Shown here: one piece after another, positions 27,101 to 40,400 of the stretch
Position numbering within the stretch: position 1 is the first letter of the stretch
Layout of the letters: each line of letters begins with the position of its first letter
Assembly: GCF_009834535.1 (NCBI RefSeq)
Contig: NC_045697.1
Location: 90,274,001 to 90,338,000, forward strand
Reading direction: 5' to 3'
DNA from: Camelus ferus
Lineage: Eukaryota
Length of the DNA stretch: 64,000 bases
Made by a program: the position numbers and the translations under genes
The notes under the pieces: generated by a model
The model's database searches: none
Told to the model about the DNA's origin: nothing
Seen by the model: the letters and a program-made list of their open reading frames with translations, nothing else

Positions 27101-29367
27101 AAAAAAACAAAAACAAAAACAAAAATCCAGACCTTACTAATTTGTATTACAACAGATCATTCAACTTTTTGTCACTTCTCTCGTACTCACTTTCCATTTT
27201 TTTATTTAAAATATTTCTACCATGTCTACTAGTAAAGCAGACGACATGACAGAGGGAGGGGACTAGGGAAGACACTTCTTCACATTTTGTACTTAACTCT
27301 ATTACCATACAGAGCTCTTTGTGACACTCTGAGTTTCTGATCTCTTAAAAGGCAGAGAAGCATCTGGGCATTTATTGACTTAACTCTGCAACAACCCACC
27401 TTAGCTCTTCTGCCTGCTCCCTTTCCTTTATGCCTCTTCTGCCTCTAATACCACAAGACCTAGAAGTGGTTAACTAAACTACATTAAGTAAACTATAATA
27501 CTATAGTACATCAACTATATAGAATACAACATACTATGTACAACCTAAAGAGACTGTTGCAAACACCATGTTGTATACACCAGGGGAAAAGACTGCATAA
27601 ACTAAGTAAAAAATGTAAGATACAAAATAATACGTAAAACTCACTTTAAAACTTACTCCTAGAAAAATACTGAAAGATGGTCATCTAAATGCTAACTCTG
27701 TATGACAATGAGTGAATTATCCCTTGTCTTCTAAATGTACATGCATTGACCCATTGATAAAAAATATATATATTGATAAGTTTGATAAAAAAAAAGAATT
27801 ATTGTCTCATTCCAGATTCATGACTAGAATTATTAAAATAAAGCATAAGAAAGGGGAATGGGGCTCACCCACAATGCAAACATAAATGCAGTTGTGAAGT
27901 ACTTAAGTACTTGGTAAGATTATTGTTACAAGAATTATCACATTATAATAGGACTTCCTAGAATTCATAAATAATGCCCTCTTGTAGGATGTCAATTCTA
28001 TCCCCAGTCTCACTGATTGTGAAAGCATAATACTGAGCAGATACAGAATATCTGTATTCCAAATATTTGAAATTAATTTTGAATTTACTATGGATCAATG
28101 CCTTTCAAACTCTTGGCTGAAAGAAATTATTTTTATGAAGGATCACATTAGAATATACAGACTATGCAGTCCTCTGACACAATCCTTCCTTGGATTAAGC
28201 AAGAAAATTCAGAAAACTTCATAAATGAACAGCACTATGTGGACCACCCTTTCAACTCCATCTACCCCAACAGTCAACCCCTCCATCTGCCCCATCAGAA
28301 CTGTGTTCATTGAATTGTTCTAGAACTAAAGGTGCTGAAGCCATCAGCCTATAATGAAAAATGGTCTGTGTTTCCAGTAGGTATATTCTTTCTGTAGCAT
28401 CATGAATGAGGGCCTACAAAAGAAAATTCTCTCGGTCTCAGCATCAGAAATTACATTTTTCCTCAACAACCAGTTTGTTTTTCTTTTGTGGGCCCTCAAT
28501 CTCACCATGTTTTCCCCTATCCCCGGTGAAAAGTATATGAAGATGTGTGGCCTGTAATGTTTCACAGCCTCACTACCAACTCCATACACTTTCTTCACTT
28601 TGTTTTTCTACTACCTCATATTTCTTATTTATTTTTAATTATTTTATTTTGCAATATTATTTGAATCTTTTGAAGTTGCCTTTGGAATAAGGTAGTATAT
28701 GATTCGTTATCTAATTAATTTAAATGAAAAAAAGATACTTAGAAATTCCCACTTCTAAGGTATTTACTATGTAGTCACCATTCAGCAGAGTCAAGTCCCT
28801 GACAAACAGTAAGTGCCCAGTTGTCAGCTGTTATCATTATCATTACATAACTGCACACTGTAATGTCCAAGTAATGTCAGTGTAAGTTCAAAAGACAAGT
28901 AAATGTACACACATACATACACACACAAATACTCACTTAATACAATAACCTTGACTACCCTCTTCATCACAGTATTTTGAATGCCTAAAACATTGCCTAG
29001 ACAGTGTAAGCAATTTGTAAATATTTTTTAATAAATGAGTTACTGAACAATGAATTCCTCATATCACTATATTTATGTTGGTATATATTTTTGAATACAC
29101 ATGCTGAGAAGTTTGGTATAGTGAATGACATGAGTTTTTTTAAGCATCTTCAGTACTATCCAAATGCTGATAACAAATACCAGTACCAGACATCAGAGAT
29201 ATTTTATTTTCTGAGGTTTGCTTTTCTGATTAGAACTTCCTAGTGTTGTTATGAGAATTATATGAAGCATTCTAACAGTGCCTGGTAAATAGAAGTTCAA
29301 CAAATGTTAATCTTAATCTTATTTTTCCTCTTCCTCCCGTATAGTGTAAACTCCTATAGCAGTATCA

Positions 29368-29370
<3 letters not shown>

Positions 29371-29420
<50 letters not shown>
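29371..29420. repeat. (GT)25 microsatellite
   Basis: Read directly. Confidence 0.97.
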
Positions 29421-29423
<3 letters not shown>

Positions 29424-31456
29424 GAAAGCCTAACCCGACTCAGAAGACATTACCACCAAGGACTATCTGTACTTCCTTCTATAACTCTCTTCACTTACCA
29501 TGATAATCCTTCTCTTCTTCTCTTAGCTCCCATATTGGCTATCTGACCAAAAAAAAAAAAAAAAAAAGAGAGAGAGAAAAAAGTATAGGCATGGGAGAGA
29601 AAAGGAGGAAAAAAGGAAGGAAAGAAGAGAAAGGAAGAGAGGCAGGGAAGGAGGGAGGAAAGTAGAGAAAACAGAAGAATCTGACTGTCTTACTAGAAAG
29701 GAGAAAAGTAAATAATAATTCTTGGATATGACTATAGAATCCATTTAGTGTATACAATGTTCAAATACATGTCATCATTCTTTCTTATAAATTACTGACT
29801 GCAAGATTACTAAATCTGAGTAATTAGGAGCTTGTTAGATATGCACTGTGCTTTTGGGACATACTACTGTGGAAAACGAAACAGATAAACTCCCTCAGGA
29901 AGAGTAACAGCTTTAAGAAATCAATGGCTCCCTGGTTAACAAAATAGAAAATCAGACTACAGCCATCTAGTGTGCAGCAAGCCAAATGATATGACTGCCA
30001 ATCACTCCCAGATGACTCTTGAACCCACACATTCATTCTTTTCCATATGGTGCATTTCACATCTGACACAAAGTTTTTCGATCTGTGATGAATTCTGTTT
30101 TTCTGTCTTCACCCCAACCCCCTCCTTTACTTTATGAAGGAATAAAAGAGCAAGTATTGACCTCTAAGACTTTTGTCCAAGCTGACCTTTCCTTGACCTT
30201 ATCCATTTATTTCATTCTCCCCTTATCAAATACCACCTCGGCCAGATTCCCAGGTCTCTATCCCAATACAGGCAGCATGTTGTTGGGAAATACTTGCTAC
30301 AGCACTTGAAGGCACTGTGCTGGGATGAGGTATTAGATGACAGGCTTTCATCTGGATATAATTTATTTATTATATTAGTACTTTATATTAAAGAAAGTGC
30401 ACCAGTGTGAAAATTGAAGGGAAAACATATTTTGGCTAAGGAATAACCTGGAAATTATTAAAGTCAAAAGCTTATGGGTCAAAGGGTAGCAGCTTCATGT
30501 TATTATAATAATATGTTAATGTTTAAGTCATGTAACCTCTATGATTCTTTGAAACACCTGCGATGGAAATGGTTTTCACACTATTACAATGATAACAAAT
30601 AGACTGAGGCTTGCTGCTTTACTTTTGAATCTGCTCATGTGACTGAATTTTATGAGCCAATAAAACATATCCTAACATAAATATAATATAGATTCAGAAA
30701 AATACCACCCTAAGTCAATTCTCTTTGCAACTGCTTTCTCTCTTTTTATCGCAGCTACTCCCACCTCAAGTTCCACCCTCTCCAACTCTCCCCCTCCTTC
30801 TCTTCTACTTTACTTAGGTTTATTTGACACAGCTGTTGCTGGTGAACTAAAGAATGAGATTGCCACTGGGATAAACTAGAAAGCATGTTAGCTGCCCTAT
30901 ATTTTCTGTTATTAAATAAAGATGGCACCATGGACCTCATTCTACCCTTTGCCAAACATTGCTAAAAGTGTGTATCATACTTCAATAAACAATAAATTAT
31001 TTATGTCCACTTATTTCACTTTAATTGTACTTTAGCATTAGTGTATAAACATAGGTATGCAAACACATGTGCATACACACACACATGCTTCTCAAGAATG
31101 AATCCTTCCCATGAATCCCAAAAGTCATATAATGCCAAGAAGCCCTCTGAAGACAGGCCAAAGAGCCACTTTCATCTATAATTGGTGAAATTACCTCAAC
31201 TGACTTCCTGAGAGGTGAGATGCGTCAGATTACAATAAATTCCATTTATTATTGTAAATACAAATGTCAAATCTCTGGAATTCTATCATGTGTACACAAA
31301 GCATGTTGGAGAAAAAAATTAAATGGTTCTGTTAACTACAAATTGAAAATTCTAAAAAAAAAGATATTAAAATGAAATGAAATCTACATTCAGTATATTC
31401 TTACCCTCAGTAAGTCAGTTGATTATTAAAGAACTATCATTACTTAAAGAACCACA

Positions 31457-31813
31457 TTATGCGCTGAACTGTTTAAGTCCTAACCTGCAGTATTTGGAGA
31501 CAGAGCCTTTAAGGAGGTAATTAAGGTTAAATGAGGTCATGAGGGTGGACCTGATCTGACAGGACAGGCACTCTTATTAGAAAAGGGAGGGAGACCAGAG
31601 ATCTTTGTCTCTTTCCACACTCAGAGAGGAAAGGCCGTGTGAAAATAGTGTGAAATCAACTGTCAAGCCAGAAAGAGAGGCATCACCGGAAACCAACCCT
31701 GATGACACCTTGGTCTTGGACTTCTAGCTTCCAGAACTGTGAGAAAATTAATTTCTGCCCTTTAAACCACTCAATCTGTGGTATTGTTATGGTAGCCCTA
31801 GCAGACTAACACA
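31457..31813 (+). mobile_element. MLT1A/B-like MaLR solo LTR
   Basis: ctttaaggaggtaattaaggttaaatgaggtcat; cttccagaactgtgagaaaat; ends gcagactaacaca. Confidence 0.88.
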
Positions 31814-33016
31814 AACCAGAAGTCTGTTTTCTTCCAAAAACCCAAGTAATAATCATGGAGGTAGGAAGGATTCTGAGATCATTGAGACCCAGTAGTGAAA
31901 AATAATATTCATTTAGGGCATCCTGAAGGATCTCCATTAAGAACATTCCTCTAGGAAACTAGTCTATGTATTACCATTGAGACAAGTCAAATCAGCAGAG
32001 GTGCACACTTAGATATCATTGCTTTGGTCCCTTTTTGTTACGACATCAATTTGCACTGTAGGATATAAGGAAATCACTGTGTGGAAATTGTTTAACAGAT
32101 ATACTTTCAAGAATATGGTCTTCTATACATCATCATGATATCCTAAGGGGTAATGTTCTCTCAAGTCTAACAAAATAGTTTGTTTCGCCTGAACAACTTC
32201 TATTTTCCTTTTACAGTGGCTGTGACTCCTATAATGATCATGTTTCCCTGTGTACTTAAGAGTCAAACTTTAAGTCTAGCAATCATATAGATTCTCAAAG
32301 CATGTTTTCTGTGAACCAGTTTTCCTTATGTTTTATTCTCCCCTTTTATTTTCCTTTCATATAGATTTCCTCAAATATTTATTTTGCTTTATGCATTCTT
32401 CATGCCATCTCAAATTCTTTGTGGAATGATGAGGGAAATAAGCACATAAATAAATACATATCATCTCATCCAAGGCTGTTACTTTAAGATAGGAAACCGA
32501 GATCAAGAATATTTTAGTAATTTAGTCCAGGACATGCAGTCAAAGTGTGGCACAGATAAGATTAGAAATTCAGTTTCCTCTCACTTAGTCTAGTGTTTCT
32601 TTGCCTCCATCATAAAATTACCTCCCTAAGCAGTAAAGGAGGAAGGAAATTAATTCAAAAGGAAAAATATCCCCTTGATACATGTAGGTCAGTGTTTCTC
32701 AAGAAGGGCAAGATAAGCCTTAACTGTGCTGTGCCAAACTATCTCCACATTAAAGAATGTTCAGCATTCCTGGTCCCTGCCCACTAAATGCCATCAGAGC
32801 CTCCTAGTCATTGTACTAACAAGAAAATTCCCATTACACTTCCCAAAGCCCAGTGCTACCATGTTTTTATTTGTTGCTGTTTCAAAAGAGAAACAAAAGA
32901 AGCAGAAAATACTTCCCTGCCTGATCTAATGGAAAATTAAGTCATTATGGGAAAGTAAAGATCAGAGTGTAAAATATATGCATTTAATAGCTGACAGTAA
33001 ATTTCTATTAGGAAGG

Positions 33017-33530
33017 TGTGGTAAAGTGTTTGCAAAAAAGACCACAATAATTTCCCTCACTGCTCCATGCATTTGGGTTAGCTCTTCCCAGAATGACTTT
33101 GGCCTTGGCCATGTGAATAATTTTCACCAATGAGACATTAGCAAATGTGACAAAAGTAGAGGCTTGAAAAGTCACTTACACGTTATGATTCTTCGGAGCT
33201 CTGAGCCATCCAAGCAAAGAAGCTCCGGCTGGCTCCAGGATGAGAGCCTGAACAGAGCATATTCAAGCTATTCCAGTGGCATGTCAGTCACACAAAACCA
33301 AGCTGTCTATCCATTCCTGACATGTGAATGAGGCCATTCCAGATCATTCAGCCACCACACAACCTCCATCTGACCACAGATACATGAGAGAGCCCCCAGT
33401 AGAGGTCAGCCAAGCCAGCCCAGACTTAGAACAACCCAGCTGATCCACAGAATAGTGAACTGAATTAAATGGTTGTTTTAAGCCACTCATTTTAAAGGCA
33501 ACTTGTTGTGGGACAAAAACTAACCATTAA
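33017..33530 (+). mobile_element. MLT1F/G/H-like MaLR solo LTR
   Basis: ggccatgtgaataattttcaccaatgagacattagcaaatgtgaca; tgttttaagccact. Confidence 0.7.
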
Positions 33531-33765
33531 AGAAGGGAACTGGCTTTATTTAGGAAAATAAATGGAAAACCTGTAGGTTCAGCGACATAAATTATTTTGG
33601 TGGAAGTAGCAGCTCAGAGTCAGAGGTTATCATGAGATCATAAAGCTTCCTCTGTTCCTTCAAGAACTGCAGAAATCTTGAGAAGAAGGAAACAGAGGGA
33701 AATAAAGGTTTAAGCAAATCTTATCTAGTTCTTAAGATACGGCCAATCTCCAGTTGACATCTTGC

Positions 33766-33903
33766 AGAGATACAGATACAGATATAGTTATAAATATGGC
33801 TATGGGTAAGGACATGGAACATGGACATGGACATGGACCTGGACATAGACACAGAAATACAGAAACAGAATTATATAGAGATACATACATACAGAGATAG
33901 AGA
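33766..33903. repeat. Degenerate hexamer tandem repeat (GATACA / GACATG / GACATA)
   Basis: gatacagatacagatata...ggacatggacatggacctggacatagacacag. Confidence 0.8.
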
Positions 33904-33913
33904 TCTCCAAACA

Positions 33914-34238
33914 CAGGCATACTTCAGAGGTATTTCAGGTTCAGTTCCAGATGACCACAATAAAGCAAATATTGCAACAAAGTGAGTTACACAAAACTTT
34001 TTGGTTTCTCAGCACATTAAAAAGTTATCTTTATACTATAGTCTATTAATTGTGCAACAGCATTATGTCTTTAAAAAAAATGTACATACCTTAATTTAAA
34101 AAAAATGCTGTTGGAAAAATGATGTGTTGATAGACTTGCTCAACACGGGATTGCCTCAAACCTTTAATTTGTAAAAAATGCAATTATCTGTACTGTGAAA
34201 TGCAACAAAGCAAAACACAAGAAAACAAGATAAGCCTG
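33914..34238. mobile_element. Short Tigger1 internal-deletion derivative (Tigger1a-like), 325 bp
   Basis: Ends caggcatacttcagaggtatttcaggttcagttccaga and aaaacaagataagcctg followed by TA; both Tigger1 termini, no transposase. Confidence 0.85.
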
Positions 34239-34424
34239 TAATTTGCTAGTTATCAACATCAAATATTAAAAACCTCATATACATTGTCTGTAAATAAGGC
34301 AATTCTTAACAAATTTATTAGTCAAAATGAGTTTTTGTAATTCTCTTATAAAGACTAATTTACTGAGATTAATCTTTATGCCTACTTGAATGAGGCTTGT
34401 GTTGCTACTTTAAGAACTCACCTT

Positions 34425-36123
34425 AGAGAGGCAGAAGATGGCAGAGTAGAAGGACGCTCACAGGTCACCCTCTCCCACAAATACACCAAGACCCACATCT
34501 ACAGACCCACTCAGCCAACCAGGGCACCTGTGGAACTCCAACAGAACATCGCCCTCTTCAAAAGATAAAGACGCCAAAAATCTGTTAGGAGAAAAGGAAA
34601 AAAGAAAGAGCAAAAGGCAAAGCAGCGCAGGACGGGTCCCGCGGGGAGGGAGCGGCAAAGGAGGACTGGCACTCGCTCGCTGGATCTCCCCTCTCCAACT
34701 GAGAGGCCAGCGGGACGGAGGGGGAGCCTCCGAGGCTCGGATCTGTACAGAGCAGCCCTTGACTAAAAGAACTAAGCTAAACGGGCACAGAGCGTCCCCC
34801 CGACACCCAGCCTGAGACGCGGGGCTGGCAGCCATGGGCAGGGCCGGGCTGCACAAGCCGGGCGGAGGACGGAAGTGGCTACACGGAGGCAGCCCCGGGG
34901 GACTGCAGGGGGATGCGCGCAGTGGCTGTGGGTGTACAGGGCAGAACCACCTGGGCCCTCCATAAAACGGCAAGGTTGAGGTGCTCCTGGGGGAAGGGTG
35001 CATACCCCCATCTCTGAAAAGCCACGGAAAGTTTTCGGGGGAAGAGAGGCGGGGCTCAGGCACAGCCGCCATATCCTCCGCCATTAGCACCCAGGCGGGG
35101 GCGGGGGCGGGGGCGAGGGCGAAACCTGCATCCACACCGAAGGGCTTACCAGCCTCAAAGGCCAGACTGAGACTGGCCTGCAGCCCGGGGCAGATAGGAT
35201 CCTTCCATCCTGGTCCCTCAGAGAACTTGCTCCACAAAGACAAACAGGGAGCTGGGTTTTGCTTCGGAACAGGGACAGGGCTGTCCCTCGGTCTTCCCGA
35301 GCCCACCCGCGGAGCGGCGACCAGGGCGGAGCACCGACCAGGGCGGAACGCACAGCCGCACAGAGCAGCGGAGCTACCGGCAGCACAGGTAGAGCGAGAG
35401 CGGCCCCCCGCCTTTCGGGCAGGAACACAGCCCCTGACCGAGGTGCTGGGAGGGGGCACGACCCGCCCTCCTACCTGGCCAGTCTGCAACATCTGACTGC
35501 GGCATCCGGAGGGGCAGCGACCCGCCCAGCCCACAGCAGAGAGCTGCACCTGACCCAGTGTTAGGAGGAGGCGCGATCTGCTTGCCTACAGGTGCTGGGA
35601 GCAGCACAGAAGAGGGCGCCAACGGAGGGCCTCTGAAAACAGCAAGCTGAGCTTCCACAACAGGATGAAGACAGAAAGACTTCACATTAAAAGCACACAG
35701 ACTCCAGGAGAACACCGACAAACCCCCCCCCCTTTTTTTTTTAAATGTTTTTACCTGTTCTATTTTCTATTACTCTCTTAATCTTTACTTCTTAATTCAT
35801 TTCTATTTCTCTTGGGTTTTGATGTCCTGCTATTGATTAGACACAGGTTTCAAATACATCTATTCATCTCCCCCCCCTTTTTTTGTAAAGGTTTTAAAAG
35901 GAAGTCTCAACCCGATTAATACTCTGCTTCAACTCACTCTTCTATTATTCATTATACACTGTTTTCAAACCCTCTTTCTCCCTTCTTTTAAAATTCTCTC
36001 TCTCTCTCTTATTTTTTTTTCTGTTTTTCCTAAGTTTTATTCCTAAATAGGCATCAGATAGATAAAATCCTTAAGGACCAAAATAAACAACTGATACTCC
36101 ATACACCACAGTGCCAGAGAGGT
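34425..36123 (+). promoter_or_regulatory. L1 5' UTR / internal Pol II promoter; CpG island about 34620-35640, then a pyrimidine-rich tract
   Basis: YY1-like AAGATGGC near the 5' end; dense CpGs; GC boxes 35094-35114. Confidence 0.85.
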
Positions 36124-37026
36124 ATGAGCAAGATGAAGAAGCAGAAAAACCTTTCCCAATTAAAAGAACAAGAGAAATCCCCTGAAAGAAAGATCAACGA
36201 AATGGACATCGATAGCCTACTAGATCAAGATTTCAAATAAGGAGTGATCGAATTGCTGAAGGAATTAAAAGAGATAGTGTTTAGAGATATAAAATATGTC
36301 AAAAATGAAATTGAAGCTATAAAGAAGAGCCAAGTAGAATGGATAAACTCATTGACAGAGATGAGGAATGATCTAATACCTGTGCAAAGCCGACTAGATA
36401 ATGCAGAGGAACGAATTAGTGATCTAGAAGACAGGGCAATAGAAAGCACCCATTCAGAAGAACTACAAGAGAAGCAAATAAAAAATAATGAAAATAGCAT
36501 AAGGGACCTATGGGATAATATAAAGCGTCCCAATCTTCAGCATCATAGGGGTCCCAGAAGGAGAAGAAGGATCAAAGGGGATCGAAAAGGTTTTTGAAGA
36601 AATCATGACTGAAAACTTCCCAAACTTAAAGAGGAATCAGATATCCAAGTACAGGAAGCTCAGAGGGTCCCAAACAGGAAGAACCCAAATAGACCCACAC
36701 CAAGACATATCATAATCAAGATGGCCAGAGTCAAGGATAAAGAAATGATTCTAAAGGCAGCAAGAGAAAAGCAAAGAGTAAGTTACAAGGGAACCCCCAT
36801 AAGGCTCTCAGCTGATTTCTCTACACAAACACTACAGGCCAGAAGGGAGTGGCAAGATATATTCAAAGCCCTGAATGAAAAAAAGATGCAGCCTAGGATC
36901 CTTTATCCAGCAAGGCTATCCTTGAGGATAGAAGGAGAAATAAAGAGTTTCACAGACAGAAAAAAGCTGCAGGAGTTTAGCAACACTAAACCCATGCTAA
37001 AAGAAATATTGAAAGGGATATTCTAA
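36124..37026 (+). pseudogene. L1 ORF1p (RNA-binding chaperone), disrupted
   Basis: ATG 36124 MSKMKKQKNLSQ; premature TAA 36238-36240; compensating +1 (about 36539) and -1 (about 36632) frameshifts; motifs LWDNIKRPN, ILKAAREK, QARREW, YPARLS. Confidence 0.95.
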
Positions 37027-37428
37027 ATAGAAAAGCAGCAGGATGCTACAGAAATGAGAAACACACAACTGGAAAGGTGATAACTCATGAATTACAAATA
37101 AAGTAAACATGAAATTATAAAAGAAGACATACAAATCACTGAGAGTGGGAGAGGGAGGCAGGGGAATATAGAATATTTTTTTTTCTTTTTTAAATTTTTT
37201 TAACAGTAGGATGGGTTTGAGATCATGTTACTGTCAGTTTAATAAAAACAGTTATAGTAATGGGTTGATAGATTTACAAAAAAGGGTAACCACAAGCCAA
37301 AAATTTACAAAGGAGTCACAAAAATTAAATAAAATCCATGATAATACAAAGGAAAATTACCAAACCACAAAAGGAAGAAGAAAGGAACAAAGAGGATATA
37401 CCAATTCAACTGCAAAGATAAGTTCAAA

Positions 37429-40400
37429 ATGGCAATAAACACACATCCATCATTAATTACTGTAAATGTTAATGGACTAAATGCTCCAGTCAAAAGACAC
37501 AGAGTGGCAGACTGGATAATAAAGCAAGAACCTTCAATATGCTGCATACAAGAGCACCCACTTTAGGGAGAAGGACACATATAGATTGAGAGTGAAAGGA
37601 TGGAAAAGGATATTCCATGCAAATGGAAAAGCCAAAAAAGCAGGTGTTGCAGTACTGATTTCAGACAAAATAGACTTTAAAACAAAGGCCATAAAGAAAG
37701 ATAAAGAAGGACATTTTATAATGATTAAAGGAGTGATACAAGATGAGGATATTACACTCGTTAATATATATGCACCCAATATAGGAGCACCTAAGTACAT
37801 ACAAGAATTACTAACAGAGATAAAGGGGGATATTGATGGGAATACAATCATAGTTGGAGATTTTAACACTGCATTAACATCACTAGACAGATCTTCCAGA
37901 CAGAAAATAAACAAGGCAACACCCCCAAAAATAGGATATACATTCTTTTCAAGTGCACATGGAACATTTTCCAGGATCGATCATGCACTTGGGCACAAAA
38001 GAAACCTCAACAATTTTAAGAAGATAGAAATTATCTCAAGCATCTTTACTGACCACAATGCCATGAAACTGGAAATCAACAACAGAGAAACAAAGGAGAA
38101 AAAAGGAAAGCATGGAGATTAAACAATATGTTATTGAAAAAACAATGGATCAATGAGGAAATCAAAGCTGAAATTAAAAAATACCTTGAGACAAATGATA
38201 ATGAAAGCACAACCACTCAAAACCTATGGGACACAGCAAAGGCAGTGCTAAGAGGGAAGTTTATAGCGATACAGGCCTTCCTCAAAAAAGAAGAACAATC
38301 TCAAATAAACAATTTAACCCACCACCTGAATGAATTAGAAAAAGAAGAACAAAAAGCCCCAAAAAGCAGCAGAAGGAAGGAAATAATAAAGATCAGAGAG
38401 GAATTAAATACAATAGAGATTAACAAGACCATAGAAAAAATCAACCAAACCAAAAGCTGGTTTTTTGAAAAAGTAAATAAAATCGACAAACCTCTGGCCA
38501 AACTCACAAAGAAGAAAAAAGAGAGCACAAATTAGCAAAATAAGAAAGGAAAATGGAGAAATTACAACAAACAAAATAGAAATACAGAATATCATACGAG
38601 AATATTATGAAAAACTATATGGAACCAAACTGGATAACCTAGAGGAGATGGACAAGTTTCTGGAAACATACTGTCCACCAAAACTGAATCGAGAAGAATC
38701 TGAACGCTTGAACAATCCGATCACTAGAAAGGAAATAGAAATAGCAATTAAAAACCTCCCTACAAATAAAAGTCCAGGACCGGACGGCTTCACCGGGGAA
38801 TTCTACCAAACATACAAAGAAGAACTCATACCAGTCCTTCTCAAACTCTTCCAGACGATCGAAAAGGAGGGAATACTCCCAAACTCATTCTATGAAGTCA
38901 CCATCACCCTGATACCAAAACCAGGCAAAGACACTACAAAAAAAGAGAATTATAGGCCAATATCACTGATGAACATAGACGCCAAAATCCTCACCAAAAT
39001 TTTAGCAAATAGAATCCAACAACACATAAAAAAGATTATACATCATGACCAAGTGGGGTTCATCCCAGGGACACAAGGCTGGTTCAACATACGCAAATCA
39101 ATCAGTGTAATACATCACATCAACAAGAGAAAGGACAAAAACCACATGATCATCTCAATCGATGCAGAAAAAGCATCTGATAAAATTCAACACCCATTTA
39201 TGATAAAAACTCTCGCCAAAGTGGGTATAGAGGGAACGTATCTCAACATAATAAAAGCTATATATGACAAACCTACAGCCAGCATAGTACTCAACGGTGA
39301 AAAACTCAAAAGCTTCCCACTAAAATCTGGGACAAGACAAGGATGCCCACGATCACCACTCCTATTCAACATAGTCCTGGAAGTCCTAGCCACAGCAGTC
39401 AGGCAAGAGAAAGAAATAAAAGGGATCCAAATTGGAAAAGAAGAGGTAAAAGTGTCATTATATGCTGATGACATGTTACTATATATAGAAAACCCTAAAA
39501 GGTCCACACAAAAGCTACTAGAGCTGATTGAAGAATTCAGCAAGGTAGCAGGTTGCAAGATTAACGTTCAAAAATCAGTTGCATTTCCTTACACTAACGA
39601 TAAATCAACAGAAGAAGAAAGTAAAGAAACAATCCCCTTTAAAATAGCACCCAAAGTAATAAAATATCTGGGAATAAATCTAACCAAGTAGGTGAAAGAA
39701 TTATACACAGAAAACTATAAACCATTGATGAAGGAAATTAAAGAAGACTTTAAAAAATGGAAAGATATTCCATGCTCTTGGATTGGAAGAATCAATATTG
39801 TTAAAATGGTCACACTGCCCAAGGCAATCTACAGATTTAATGCAATATCTATCCAATTACCCAGGACATATTTCACAGAACTAGAACAAATCATAATAAA
39901 ATTCATATGGAACCATCAAAGACGTAGAATTGCCAAAGCATTACTGAAGAGAAAGAAAGAGGCTGGAGGAATAACTCTCCCAGACTTCAGACAATACTAT
40001 AGAGCTACAGTCATCAAGACAGCATGGTACTGGTACCAAAACAGACATATAGACCAATGGAACAGAATAGAGAGCCCAGAAATGAACCCACAAACTTTTG
40101 GTCAACTCATCTTTGACAAAGGAGGCAAGAATATACATTGGAACAAAGACAGTCTCTTCAGCAAATGGTGTTGGGAAAACTGGACAGCAGCATGTAAAAC
40201 AATGAAGCTAGAACACTCCCTTACACCATATACAAAAATCAACTCAAAATGGTTTAAAGACTTAAACATAAGACAAGATACAATAAACCTCCTAGAGGAA
40301 AACATAGGCAAAACATTATCTGACATACATCTCAAAAACTTTCTCCTAGAAGAAATAAAAGCAAGAATAAACAAATGGGACCTAATGAAACTTACAAGCT

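Noticed and set aside
38648..39691. 347-aa RT ORF as a retron, DGR, group II intron or new RT system
   Set aside because: It is a frameshift-bounded part of L1 ORF2 inside a canonical TSD-flanked element
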